Below are positions 27,175 to 40,683 of a stretch of DNA of 64,000 nt, piece after piece. Source of the stretch: Eledone cirrhosa (taxonomy: Eukaryota). The notes under the pieces were generated by a model that was given only the letters and a program-made list of their open reading frames with translations, was not told the DNA's origin and made no database searches. How positions within the stretch are numbered: position 1 is the stretch's first letter; each line of letters opens with the position of its first letter. The DNA is taken from the NCBI GenBank assembly GCA_964016885.1, contig OZ024742.1, forward strand, positions 17,670,001 to 17,734,000. The letters run 5' to 3'. The position numbers and the translations under genes are program-made.

Positions 27175-27716
27175 TAATCTCCCATTGGGTTGAGATACAA
27201 ATTTGGCTGTATTGTGCTGTGCTTTCTAGCAAAAATGCCACCAGTCGTAAGCAACTACCACACCCCTTCCAACCTGACCGCGACTACGTCACGATTTTAG
27301 CCATTTTGAAATGAATTCTTGGCGCGATCGCTTTGGAAAATTTAATGTCTAAATAAGAGCGAGCTTCCTGATGAATCCGGCGCTCGAGTTTATATAATTA
27401 TTACATAATTATTGGAAAACTCAAAACACGGACGAAATCATGGTAGAGGTATTTAAATGTATTCTATTTTCTCCTAGTTTATTTTAAACCTAATTCTGTT
27501 TAGTTGACTATATCTGGGCGATTACGCTGTCGAAATATTCGATAAATATTCCGCTACGGCCGACGCGAAGCGCTAGTTTCGGTTATTTGTCGGAGATTCC
27601 TTCATAGAAGCCCCATTCTTATAGCCTGGTCTATTCGATTTTTTATATAGTTAATTATGCTAATTGGGAGAGGAAATAGTATATATTTTATCTTGTGATT
27701 CTATAGACATGTTTTA

Positions 27717-27720
<4 letters not shown>
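27175..27720 (+). mobile_element. Non-coding hammerhead-bearing element (pLTR-like) ending in (TA)n
   Basis: Contains a hammerhead fold at 27363-27450; its 3' 115 bp equal the loop and arm of the preceding palindrome. Confidence 0.65.
27363..27450 (+). ncRNA. Type-I hammerhead ribozyme with extended stem II
   Basis: GCTTC-CTGATGA-ATCCG...(GAGTTT..AAACTC)...CGGAC-GAAA-TCATGG-TA^GAGGT; near-palindromic stem III; A10.1-C11.1 mismatch suggests decay. Confidence 0.72.
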
Positions 27721-27770
<50 letters not shown>

Positions 27771-27813
27771 TTTGAAATTTATTTTGAAACTTTTACTTAT
27801 TTGCTAAGCCTTG

Positions 27814-27854
<41 letters not shown>

Positions 27855-27856
<2 letters not shown>

Positions 27857-28079
27857 GATATTAACAAATGGAAACTATATTTATAAAACCATATTTTTTT
27901 CATTATACATATTTCAAGGACACCAAGTTAAATCATGGTATGCCTTCATCAAACAAAATACAATATATATCAGTTTTATAAATAAGCATTGACGTACCCT
28001 TTCAAAATGCGACCATTACTTTTGGAGGACATCCTGATGTCCTCCAAAAGTAATGGTCGCATTTCGAAAGGGTACGTCA
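27855..28079. repeat. Dispersed TA-flanked repeat ending in a 90-bp palindrome
   Basis: 27855-28032 aligns with 39047-39226; palindrome TGACGTACCC...GGACATC-CT-GATGTCC...GGGTACGTCA at 27990-28079. Confidence 0.85.
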
Positions 28080-28112
28080 TCGCGATTCACATACGACCTA
28101 CCATACATCTTG

Positions 28113-28330
<218 letters not shown>

Positions 28331-28430
28331 TTGAGGTTGGTAATGGCACATGGAATATATAAGAGACAGAATACTTTTTTGTGAAAAAACATATAATTTT
28401 ATAAGGTAAGGAAATAATAAAGGGTATAAA

Positions 28431-28477
28431 AAATGACCGGTTTCGATGGGTCTGCAAAAGCCATCTTTTCAAATGTT
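28431..28477 (-). ncRNA. Hammerhead ribozyme, U3-A8 variant (inverted copy)
   Basis: Reverse complement of 32714-32761. Confidence 0.6.
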
Positions 28478-29000
28478 GATTAATATTAAGAAAATTAATA
28501 ATAAGAAGAGTTAAAATTTGAGATTTGAAAATTCAAGTATAAAGTTCAGTGTGGGATTTCATAGTAGTTTTCATCTTGGTAGCAGCAAGTTGACTGCTGT
28601 GTCCCTTTCTGGTAGTGAATGAGCAGTTATTTGGGGGAGTGGGTTATTTTATAAAGGTCAGATTTAGCAATGGCCAGATGGCCAGCTGCTGGTCAGTGAG
28701 GGGGTTGAAGCAATATACATACATATATCTCCCTGTGGTCGGTAGGAGAGGGGAGAGTGATAGATAGGGATTTAGTGCACTTACACCTATATATACACAC
28801 ATACCCTCATCCACACACACATACATATACATATACATACATATATATATATATATATACATATATATACACATATATACATATATATACATATACACAC
28901 ATACATACACACACACATACATATACATACACACACACACACATATATACACATATATATATACACACACACACATACATATACATACACATTCATCCAG

Positions 29001-29063
<63 letters not shown>

Positions 29064-29168
29064 TACACATATATACACACACACACACATATATATATAC
29101 ACACATACACACACATATATATACACACACACATATATATATACACATACGCATACATCCAGATACAC

Positions 29169-29199
<31 letters not shown>

Positions 29200-29228
29200 A
29201 TACACACACATACATACATCCACATGCA

Positions 29229-29275
<47 letters not shown>

Positions 29276-29392
29276 ATACATACACCCACACACATAGAGA
29301 AATGGCCTCCAAATATATATATATATACATACATACACATATATTTTTTCCATAATATAAGAAGTTAGGACAGTGAAATTAAAATACAAGTC

Positions 29393-31525
29393 ATGGAATA
29401 CTGCCGAAAGCTGCGACTAACGGAATTCTTCCACAACGACACCAACACTGAAGACGAATCACTGCTTAGAAATAAAAGCAATTTCTGCCCACAAAGGGGA
29501 AGAAATAAAGCACTGGACACGTACTGCGAACACATCACCAACTTTCCCTATGAAAAAATTACAAATAAACACACGAAATCAAACCTATCTACACACGAAT
29601 GGGAAGAATTATTCACACTTAGAAACAACCCTGAGATAACCATCAAAGAAGCCGATAAAGGCAGTACTGTTGTCATTATGAATACGGACTACTATAGGAC
29701 CCTCGCACTTAACATTTTAGAAAACAACACATACTATGAAAAAACAGAAAACTACAAACACACCAAAACAATGGGGAACCTTTTGACCTTACTGAATAAA
29801 TACCGCAACAGCTTAACCACAAAAGAGTTTAACTATATAAGCCACTTCAAATGCAATACAAGCTCTTTTTACGGCTTACCAAAACTCCACAAATGTAAAC
29901 CCATAAACGATGCATGTGACACCTCAACCAACAATTACATTGAACTAACACCACCAGAAGACCTAAATCTCAGGCCAATTATAGCAGGCCCTACATGTGA
30001 AACCCACAGACTTAGCAACTTTCTGGACATCCTACTGAAACCCTTTCTACAACATATACAGAGCTACATACGAGATGACCTTGACATGCTGAAGCACCTC
30101 CCTAAAACAGTAAGTGCAAATACAATTCTTGTCTCTTTGACGTAATAAACCTCTACACAAACATACCCCACAACTATGGAATAACAGCAGTCCAATACTG
30201 GCTTAACACACACCCATCAGAAATACCGACACGCATCAACAAAGATTTTATCACTGACGGACTCCGCTTTATCCTACAAAATAACTACTTCACATTCAAT
30301 GGTTCAACATACAGACAAGTATCAGGTACTGCAATGGGCACGAAAGTAGCACCCACATATGCCAACCTAGTCATGGGATTCCATGAACAACAAATATACA
30401 GTCAGTCCCTTCTCTTATTTGGAGACTCTTTCCACACACACCTCAAAGCCAATTGGAAAAGATATCTAGACGACTGCTTTATCCTATGGCAAGAAGACAT
30501 GAACTCACTTACTATGTTTAAAAACATGATAAACAACATAGATAATAACATACAATTCACAATGGAATCCAATCCCAAGGAATTAGCCTTCTTGGATATT
30601 CTCATCTCTGTAATAGACGGGAAATTAGATACAGATATATTCTATAAACCCACAGATTCCAAGCAATACCTCTTTTTCACATCAAGTCACCCAAAACATA
30701 AAAAAACTTAACATTCCTTACAATTTGGCCAAACGTATATGTACCATAGTATCAGATCCACCTAAACGGGAGCAAAGACTAAAGGAACTAAAAGACACCC
30801 TTATCTTAAGAGCCTTTCCACTTGAAATAATCAACAATGGAATAGACAGGGCAAAACACCTAAATCCCCATCAACTTAACAATCCAAAACAGAAAACCAC
30901 ACTCAACACCCTGCCATATGTATCCACTTTCAACCCCAGAAATACCGAAATGTTTGATCACCTACACAAAAACCTCCCCATCCTACTTAAAGATGTAAAA
31001 ATGAAGTCTATTCTTGAAACACACAAGATCCTTAAAAGTAAAAGACAACCCAAATCACTAAAACGCATTCTCACTGGACCAAATATACCCAAACCAATCC
31101 TCAACCCTACAGTTACCAAATGTGGTAGAACAAACTGTGGAACGTGTCTCTACCTCACTGAAGGACAAAAATTTACATTTAAAGATGGCCAAACATTTAC
31201 AGTAAAAAACAATTTCACCTGCAACTCGGAGAACTTGATTTACGCAATAACTTGCTGTGGGTGCAAACGCAACTACATAGGACAGACGGGCACCTCATTA
31301 CGCAAAAGAATGACCATCCACCGCAAACAAATCCGGGACGCTAACACAAGAAAAATCCCCTTGAGCAGCCATATTGCGAACTGCGCAGGAATGACACTAC
31401 CCAACTTTAAAATCTTCCCCTTCTACAAGTGCTCAGATTCGTTCACACAGCAACAAAGAATAAACAAAGAAAATCTATTCCTTAACAAATTTAAACCAAA
31501 ACTAAACGGGTTATCACCCCAGTAG
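29393..31525 (+). pseudogene. Penelope-like RT + GIY-YIG polyprotein, 5'-truncated, two frameshifts
   Basis: IKEADKGS, FYGLPKLHK, LRPII, AMGTKVAPTYANL, RYLDD, YKPTD, CxxxxCxxC linker, LIYAITC..YIGQT, PKLN; frameshifts near 30137 and 30705. Confidence 0.95.
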
Positions 31526-31915
31526 AATTGTCATAAAATATAAACACACATACGCACGGAGTGACAGATATATGTGTGTGGATGTGTGCATGTATATAAT
31601 TATCACTACTATTAAAGACCAGAGACCAATTCTGTAGAATCAGGTTTATTCGTTGACAGACCATGCCTTTGTGTGACAAACACATCCATATTAAACCCTG
31701 CACGTGCACACACATATATCTATATATATATGCGCACACAGAATTCACCACTGTCGGTTGCGGGGCCCAATCTACATGAAGAACTCAATGTGATCAGAAT
31801 GACTTGTATTTTAATTTCACTGTCCTAACTTCTTATATTATGGAAAAAATATGTGTATGTATGTATATATATATATATATTTGGAGGCCATTTCTCTATG
31901 TGTGTGGGTGTATGT

Positions 31916-31947
<32 letters not shown>

Positions 31948-32103
31948 GTGTATCTGGATGTATGCGTATGTGTATATATATATGTGTGTGTGTATATATA
32001 TGTGTGTGTATGTGTGTATATATGTGTGTGTGTGTGTGTATATATATATGTGTGTGTATGTGTGTATATATATGTGTGTGTGTGTGTGTATATGTGTATG
32101 TAC

Positions 32104-32153
<50 letters not shown>

Positions 32154-32292
32154 GTGTATCTGGATGAATGTGTATGTATATGTATGTGTGTGTGTGTATA
32201 TATATATGTGTATATATGTGTGTGTGTGTGTATGTATATGTATGTGTGTGTGTATGTATGTATGTATATGTATATATATGTATATATGTGTA

Positions 32293-32363
<71 letters not shown>

Positions 32364-32713
32364 ATGTATGTGTGTGTGGATGAGGGTATGTGTGTATATA
32401 TAGGTGTAAGTGCACTAAATCCCTATCTATCACTCTCCCCTCTCCTACCGACCACAGGGAGATATATGTATGTATATTGCTTCCACCCCCCTCACTGACC
32501 AGCAGCTGGCCATCTGGCCATTGCTAAATCTGGCCTTTATAAAATAACCCACTCCCCCAAATAACTGCTCATTCACTACCAGAAAGGGACACAGCAGTCA
32601 ACTTGCTGCTACCAAGATGAAAACTACTATGAAATCCCACACTGAACTTTATGCTTGAATTTTCAAATCTCAAATTTTAACTCTTCTTATTATTAATTTT
32701 CTTAATATTAATC

Positions 32714-32761
32714 AACATTTGAAAAGATGGCTTTTGCAGACCCATCGAAACCGGTCATTTT
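32714..32761 (+). ncRNA. Minimal hammerhead ribozyme, U3-A8 variant, in Penelope pLTR
   Basis: AACAT-TTGAAAA-GATGG(cttttgcagac)CCATC-GAAA-CCGG-TC^ATTTT; palindromic ACCGGT stem III as in dimer-acting PLE hammerheads; stem I 4/5 paired. Confidence 0.62.
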
Positions 32762-33428
32762 TTTATACCCTTTATTATTTCCTTACCTTATAAAATTATA
32801 TGTTTTTTCACAAAAAAGTATTCTGTCTCTTATATATTCCATGTGCCATTACCAACCTCAATTTTCTCTATAACCTTCGTTTTGTGTAGAAACTTACACT
32901 TTTCATATATATATTGGTAAAAGGAAAAGAAAATGCTGACAAATTGTTCCCAGTGAAAAATAGTTTAATTAGGAATAAGTAAAAATTAGTAATAGTATTG
33001 GTTAGTATTCAGTTTTGGTTTTAAGTTTTTACCGGTCGCGTATTTCTAATGCTTTTCAAAACTAATTTTGAGATAGAGCGCCCGTGATGTTTGCTCTAAT
33101 CTGATTAGATTGGTAAATTCTACCTGTGTTATGTGAAAAAAGTGGCTCCAGATGTATGAAAAAATTCTTGTGGTCAAAACAACTTTGATTGGTCAGTAGA
33201 GGTCATGTGAATGTTAAAAATTGATTTTGCGCCAAATGTAGGTTTGTCTCGGCTGATTGAGAAGTCACTGAAAAATAAGTCTTTTAAGACAAATATGTGT
33301 GTGTGTGTGTGCAGTAGTAGTAGTAGTAGTAGTAGTAAAGAGGTTCGTTGTTGTGATAATGGTCAGCAGGGATGTGTCTGCGAAACCGCAGCCTGCTGAC
33401 AGGTCAACAGTTCAGATGCCTATTAAGA

Positions 33429-33552
<124 letters not shown>

Positions 33553-33796
33553 CTTGTGTACAAATATGTATGTGCCCATCAGTGTGCAATGCATGTGTGC
33601 GTATATGTATGTGTGTGTGTGTCGGCACGTTTATATCTATAGACATCAAAAGGTATGCAAGTTTGTGTATATTTGTGTTGCACCATAGAACATGTGTGTT
33701 TACGTATGTCATTGTGTTTATATGTGGATAGAGATGTAAGTAGGATGTATGCTGATGTAGGTATGTATGTTGACGTGTGTATGTTGTGGGTTCGTC

Positions 33797-36060
33797 TTAG
33801 GGAGAAGTATTTAGACGGGGTCCGTATTTGTTAATAAAGTGAGATTCCTTGATGATGCGCTGGGTGTGGGTGGCATTATCTATAAATTTGTAGAGGGGAA
33901 AGATTCTGAAGTTGGGATGATTTTGGGCAGCACATGTATCAATGTGTTCACACTCAGTGGTATTTTCCTGTATTCCCGTATTTTAATTTGGGATCTAGAG
34001 ACAGTCATGCGTTGGCGTAGGCTGTTTTTGGTCTGGCCTATGTATTGTTCTCGACAACCCGAGCAAGTTAATACATATATTAGATTTTCTGATGCGCATG
34101 TGAAATTGTGTTTTACTATAAAACGTTGTCCTTCTTTGAAATAGAATTCCGAACCCTCTATTAGGTTGATGCATATTCCACAGTTGGGTCTATCGCATTT
34201 TTTTACTGTGGGTTTCGTTGTTGTGGTTGGCAGTACTTTGGCATGTGTTAGGATGTTTTTCATTGATTTAGATTGTCTTTTGCTCTTTATGATATCGTGG
34301 TGTGTTCGTAGGATTTGGTTCATTCTATGGTCCTTTTTTAACACAGGGATGTTCTGGAGGATGGTGTCAAAGGCCTCATTGTTGAGGGGGTTGTGTGTGG
34401 AGATGTATGGAAGAGCTTTTAGTTTCGGTTGATTTACTTTAGGGTGTCTAAGGTTCTGGGTACTGAGTTTTAGGGCACGTTGGATTCCATTGTCAATTAG
34501 TGATGCAAGGTAGTCCCTGCCTATGAGTGTGTCCTTTAGTTCTTGTAGCCGTAAGTAGCAGATGTTTTTATTGGAGACTATAGTACAGACTCTCTTGGCT
34601 AAGTTGTAGGGAATATTAATTTTAACGTTTCTAGGGTGGCAAGAGTTGAAAGGAAGATATTGCTTGGAGTCTGTGGGCTTGTAGTATATGTCTGTTTCTA
34701 TTTTTTGTTATGAATCTTAATGAGGATGTCGAGGAAGTGGAGTTGTTGATGGCTCTATTCCATCGTGAAGTTAATATTCGTGTTGAGCCCATTTATAAGG
34801 GTGTGAAATTCTTTAAGTTTCTCGATGTTTTCGTGCCAAAGGATGAAGCAGTCATCTAGATATCGCTTCCAGTTCCTTTCTATGTGTAAGTGGAGAGTGT
34901 TTTCAAATTTGTTTAGTACTTTAGTGTAGAGGGTGATTTCCAGGTATCCCATGACTAGGTTGGCATATGTGGGGGCTGTTTTCGTTCCTATAGCGGTCCC
35001 AGATTTCTGCCTGTAGGGTTTGTTATTGAAAACGAAGTAATTGTTCTCCAAGATAAATTTGAGTCCCTCTATCACGAATTCTTTTTTGATGCGTTGTGGG
35101 AGTTCATTGTGGTAATTATCCAGCCAGAATTGGATAGCTTCTATTCCTAGGTTGTGTGGGATGTTGGAGTATAGGTTGACTACATCGAACGTCACTAGTA
35201 GGGTTTGTTCAGAAAGGGGCATATTAGGGAGGTGATTGAGCATATCTAGGTCGTCCCTTATATAGCTTTTGATGTGTTTGAGAAAAGGCTTGAGAAGGAT
35301 ATCAATGAAGTTGCTAAGGCGGTGGGTTTCGCAAGCGGGGCCTGCTATTATAGGTCTTAATTTGAGATCATTGGGTGAGGGGACATTGATGACTATGTCT
35401 GTGGCTTCCTTGCATGCCTTACTTATTAATTCGCTTTTATGTACTTTAGGGATACCGTAGAAAAGGCTGGATTTACTTGTGAAGTCTGTGATGAAGCTGA
35501 ATTCCTTGTTAGTGAGTCCTTCTTTGTATTGGTTGATCAGAGGTTTTAGGTTTCTCATAATTTTCTGTTGATTGTAGTGTTCAGCCTTTTCGCAGTATGT
35601 TTCGTTTTCCAAAGTGGAGAGCGCTAAGTTGCTATAGAATTCTGTCTCTATTAGGACTACTGTACTCCCTTTATCAGCCTCTTTAATTGTAATGGTTCTG
35701 TCGGTTTTTAATCTATTTAATTCTTCCCATTCTTTCTTGTTGAGGTTTGGCTTGTGTTTTTGTCTGTGCAAGTGTTGGTAAGGGAAGTTTGTGATGTGTT
35801 CACAGAATTAGTCCAGGATTTTATTTCTACCTTTTGATGGGGTGTAATTGCTTCTATTTCTGGCTAATGATTCATCCTCATTGTACTGGTCGAATAGTTC
35901 TTCACTGAGTCGTAACTTTCTACAGAAGTCTGTGATGTCTTCCTTCATTTCATAGTAGTTAGGACGTAGTGGGGTCGGTGTGAATTTATGTCCTTTGGAG
36001 AGTAAGTTGATAAGGTTGGGTGTTGGTTCTGCACTAGTTAGATTGATAATTTTTATTACT
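33797..36060 (-). pseudogene. Second Penelope-like RT + GIY-YIG ORF (different subfamily, disrupted)
   Basis: LLSKGHKFTPTP, IKEADKGS, FYGIPKVHK, FDVVNLYSNIP, RYLDD, CDRPNCGIC, LIYVLTC..YIGQT, PRLN; stops and frameshifts; similar composition extends to ~36700. Confidence 0.93.
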
Positions 36061-36871
36061 CTCGGTTTCTCCTCCCTGTCTTGTGTTATTTTGTTTGCCT
36101 GTATCTGTGTGCTGTGTCTAAAAAATGGTTGGGGTAGAGGGGTTGTTTGCTGATGTTAAGTGGTCTCCTGTGTTTGTTATATTCCTTGTTGTTGTAAAAT
36201 GTGGTTCGGGTTCGTGGTTGTAGATTGAATGGGGTGTTACTGTATTGCGAGTATGGATGTGTGTTTCTATGTGCCATGTTGGATTGTGGTGTTATAGGTG
36301 GCCTACGTTGTTGGTTGTATCGTGTGGTGTGGGTTTGTTGTGTATTGTGGAAGCGAGAGTTGAGACAATGGAAATTACCTTGCTGTCCCCTTGAAGCGGG
36401 GAAGTTGTTACATCTATCATGGTGGTGGTATCTTTTCCCTATGTTTGACGATGAGGCATCCGCGTAGTAGTTGAGTGATTTGGTATGGTGTCTCCTTGAA
36501 GGGGGAAAGTTGTAAATGTCATTCTGGGGGAGATGATTTCTAGGGTTTTTGTTCCTTCTTATGGTAGCGAGGTTGGGAAGTTCATCTTCGGTGTGGTGCT
36601 TCCTTCTTCTTTTGTTAGTGGCTGGGGGGTTTGCGAAGTTGTTGTGCGATTCAGTTATGGGTTTTCCTTTTTTATGAACGGGTTATTTGGTCGTTTTGAC
36701 TGCTGCTATTTATAGTGGTAGTAGACTGACCTCCCTGCCTCTGCTTCTATCTTTACACACGGCACTGGACAGAATTGTTTCCACATCATTCATTCTCATC
36801 TCGGGAACAATTTTGAATAGCGCCAGTTCGTAATTTGAACTCGGGAATTTTATATTCTCCGAGTGAAAAGA

Positions 36872-36958
36872 ACCTTCTGACGAGAGTTTATCTTTTCAAT
36901 GGAAGGCCGCAAGGACTGTCCATTTAATTTTGAGACTCGAAACAGATTCGGTAAAGGT
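36872..36958 (+). ncRNA. Type-I hammerhead ribozyme with long stem II
   Basis: ACCTT-CTGACGA-GAGTTT...(AATGGA..CC-GCAA-GG..TCCATT)...AGACTC-GAAA-CAGATTCG-GTA^AAGGT; perfect 5-bp stem I, intact core. Confidence 0.82.
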
Positions 36959-37167
36959 AACCATAGTGAGTACAGTGACTTTTTTGAAATTTAATTTGAA
37001 ACTTTTTCTTATTTGCTAAATCTTGATTATATATGTTCTGGCTCGTTAATTTATTAACCTGCTATTGAACCACATTGGCATATGGTTGGACAATACATGT
37101 GTCCCTGGACCCTTTTTGCGTGTAGGGATATATACTTTATTATATATATATATATACATATATATAA

Positions 37168-37445
37168 GTGGTTGCTGGCCCTGTGTTTGGGGTAGAAACC
37201 TTTATTCTTCTTTCTCCATTTTTTTTTTGAGGGGGGGGGGGGGGTCCTGTATTAATTTTCCGTTCTTTACTTTTACTTCGTACGATCTTTCATGTAGCTT
37301 GTATAAGACTTTTTGTTTCGTGGCGGTACCCTTAGAGTTAGCACTAGTATTTTTTTGCGGGACCCTGAATTATATTCTCGTACTAGTTTACTTTCTTGCA
37401 CTGGGTGGTTGCTGGCCCTGTGATTGGGGTAGAAACCTTTATTAT
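37168..37445 (+). repeat. 40-bp direct repeat pair
   Basis: GTGGTTGCTGGCCCTGTG(T/A)TTGGGGTAGAAACCTTTATT at ~37168 and ~37405. Confidence 0.8.
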
Positions 37446-38010
37446 TTTCGTGGTAGTCTCTTTAGTATTCTGCCCCCCCCCCCCCCCTTTGTTGACCCGT
37501 CACCGTACGATACACGCACTTATACCTCGTATAAGGGTCCCTTTATTTCCGTCCCACCTAGTTTATTTCTATTATTATTATTTATTTTTTTATTCTACAT
37601 TATATATATATATATATTTCTTTTTTTTTATTTATTTATCTATTCTTTTATTCACTTATTTGTTTATTTATTTATTTATGTATTTCTTTAGCCTAGCAAT
37701 AGCGAGAGACTTAAGTCTTAGTAACCAGATTTTGCTTTTTTTTTTCTCTCTCAGTACCTTTTATAGTTTTACCTTCATCGTTCTACTTACCGTTTCGACC
37801 TCCTCCCCCTCCCCCTTTTCCTCTTTGACCTCACACCCAGCTGTAGCTGGCACTACCAACGCATGAATGGGTCTACTCCACCTCCTCTCCCTTTTTCTCC
37901 TACCGGCAGGTTTAGCTACCCCTTCCCCCACCAACTTGCCATCACAGATTTACTACTAACTTGTGATGTGATCAATCCTGGTGATTATCTCTTTGACCAT
38001 ATATGGAATT

Positions 38011-38104
38011 ACCCCTTGATAAGTTCGGCTATTTAAATACCAGAATAAATTTTCATTCAGTACAGAATTAGCCGTCGAAACGGCTTGAGCTCAGCCGTCG
38101 GGGT
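38011..38104 (+). ncRNA. Type-I hammerhead ribozyme, U3-A8 variant, long stem II, stable stem III
   Basis: ACCCC-TTGATAA-GTTCGGCTA...TAGCCGTC-GAAA-CGGC(ttgagctca)GCCG-TC^GGGGT; perfect stems I and III, GUC triplet. Confidence 0.82.
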
Positions 38105-38419
38105 CTTACTTGTTCCTATTACCCACTCTACTACCCTAAGTATTGAGTACTTTGGTGCGTTATGGTCCACCTGGTTCCTTACCACTTTTCCTTCGTTATA
38201 TATATATATATATATATATACATATACATATGCATATATATATATATATATGACTGATTTTTGCGTTTCGTTTCGCCTTTTCTATATATATATATATATA
38301 TATTTCGTTTCGCCTTTTCTACCCGCCGAATGGCGATAGCTGCCGGTATTTTTGCATAGCTACGGCTTTCTAAATAGTTGTTTACAAACATACCGTATTT
38401 CTTTAGAAATACGAAATTC

Positions 38420-38467
<48 letters not shown>

Positions 38468-38468
<1 letters not shown>

Positions 38469-38524
38469 GGATCTAGCTATCGAAACGGCTGGAAATGAGC
38501 CGTCGGGGTCCTGACTCTTTTCCT
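38468..38524 (+). mobile_element. Diverged 3'-half copy of the 38011 hammerhead between TA tracts
   Basis: TAGCTATC-GAAA-CGGCT(ggaaatg)AGCCG-TC-GGGGTC: stem III kept, loop changed. Confidence 0.7.
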
Positions 38525-38640
38525 ATATATATACCCAGGGAGTATAACTTGGAGTTACTGTAGGTTCACCCGGGTGAGCACTCGATGTTTAGGTTCACTT
38601 CAGTGTCGAGGTGTAGAGCTAGACAGAGTGTATTACAAGA

Positions 38641-38725
38641 GGTCTGACGAGCCGCTGATTACAGAGTCGGGTCAGATCGATACAGATCGAACGTTCAGCT
38701 GATCAGTGGCGAATCGCGCATCACC
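38641..38725 (+). ncRNA. Hammerhead ribozyme fold with one core lesion, in a ~240-bp TA-flanked element (38533-38770)
   Basis: GGT-CTGACGA-GCCGCTGATT...GATCAGTGGC-GAAT-CGCGCA-TC^ACC; 10-bp stem II; GAAT instead of GAAA; AATAAA follows. Confidence 0.62.
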
Positions 38726-38768
38726 AACCAATAAAAGTAATGAAGGAGTAACCAATCGTCCTTGTTAT

Positions 38769-39226
<458 letters not shown>

Positions 39227-40683
39227 AGGATATTGGATTTGTTTATCTTAGTAAGTCATTGTTTTATGGAGAAGGAAAAAGACGGAGAGAGAGAGAAAAA
39301 CCGAGAGAGAGAAAAGTTGAGAAAGAAAAGGAGATATAAAGAAAGAAAAAAAGAAAAAAGAAAAAGGAGAGAGAGATATCAAAACACCAGACAGAAAGTA
39401 AAAATCAAGAGAGAGAAATATAGAGATAGAGAGAGGGGGAGAAAACGAAAACCTTAAGTCATGTCATATTAAGTTATGTTAACAATTGAGATTAAATGAA
39501 TAAATAAAATTAGAAATATTAATATTCATGAATGGAATATATATATATAATATGAGAAATTAATCATTGTTTAACTATAATTAGATATTTAGTTTAAGAG
39601 TTGAGATCAATATATTAAAAATTGGAATTTAAACATTAAGAAATCTATATATTGCTAGAGAAAATTACCTATCATATAACACGTACACACACGCAAAAAA
39701 TACACATAAATATATATATATATATATACACACTCAGAAGATACACATTATATCCACTGCCGTATATAATATATACATACAAAGCATAAATGATTTTTTT
39801 TATTATTAATGTTATACACCCTTGCGTTATTAAATAAAACATTTTAATATATATATATAAAAATATATAGGATTAGCTTTCATGCATTTAAGGCTGTTAA
39901 ATTATGCCTATCTGCAATCAAATTGTATGGGTACACATGTACATGTACACACACAATTCTTACATATACATATACACACATGTGTGTGTATCACCCGATT
40001 GGTAGACACGCGTCACTCATGCATATATACAGACAGACATATATTCATAAAAATGCATATAACACATGTATATGTATGTTAATACACACATATACATACA
40101 TACTCGTATAGAGATAAGTATACATCAATATATCACATAGTATAATTGAGTACATAAAATACAAAAGGATTATATTTTGGAAATATAATTATATCAATAT
40201 AACTTAAAAACAAAAGAATTCTAAAATATTAAAATATTAAAATATTTTAAAATATTATAGAATATTTTAAGTTAAAATAATATGTTTAATAGATTTAGTA
40301 TAGAAATTTATCTTACGTATATTTTACTCAAGATATCGAAAGGATAAACGTTCGAAAATTATGAGAAGCTATCAGAATAAAAAACAAACCTAATAAAAAA
40401 TAAAAAATAATAAATAATAATAATAATAATAATAATAATGTTTTCTTTATTAACCACAAGGGTTTACATAAAGTAGACATTAAGGACAGTACAGGACAAT
40501 ACAGGACGGTACAAATGGGCATTTCTGCGTGTAAAAAAAACAGAGGTTGAAATAAAATAACAAAGAAAAATTCCCCAATAGGGCGGAGACTTCCAAGGGA
40601 CATTTGTGGAGAAAGCCCATTAAAAGACCACAGTGGCCCTGACCACCAGGGCAAGTGCCCTCTCCCAGTTTTCCACCTTTAAT

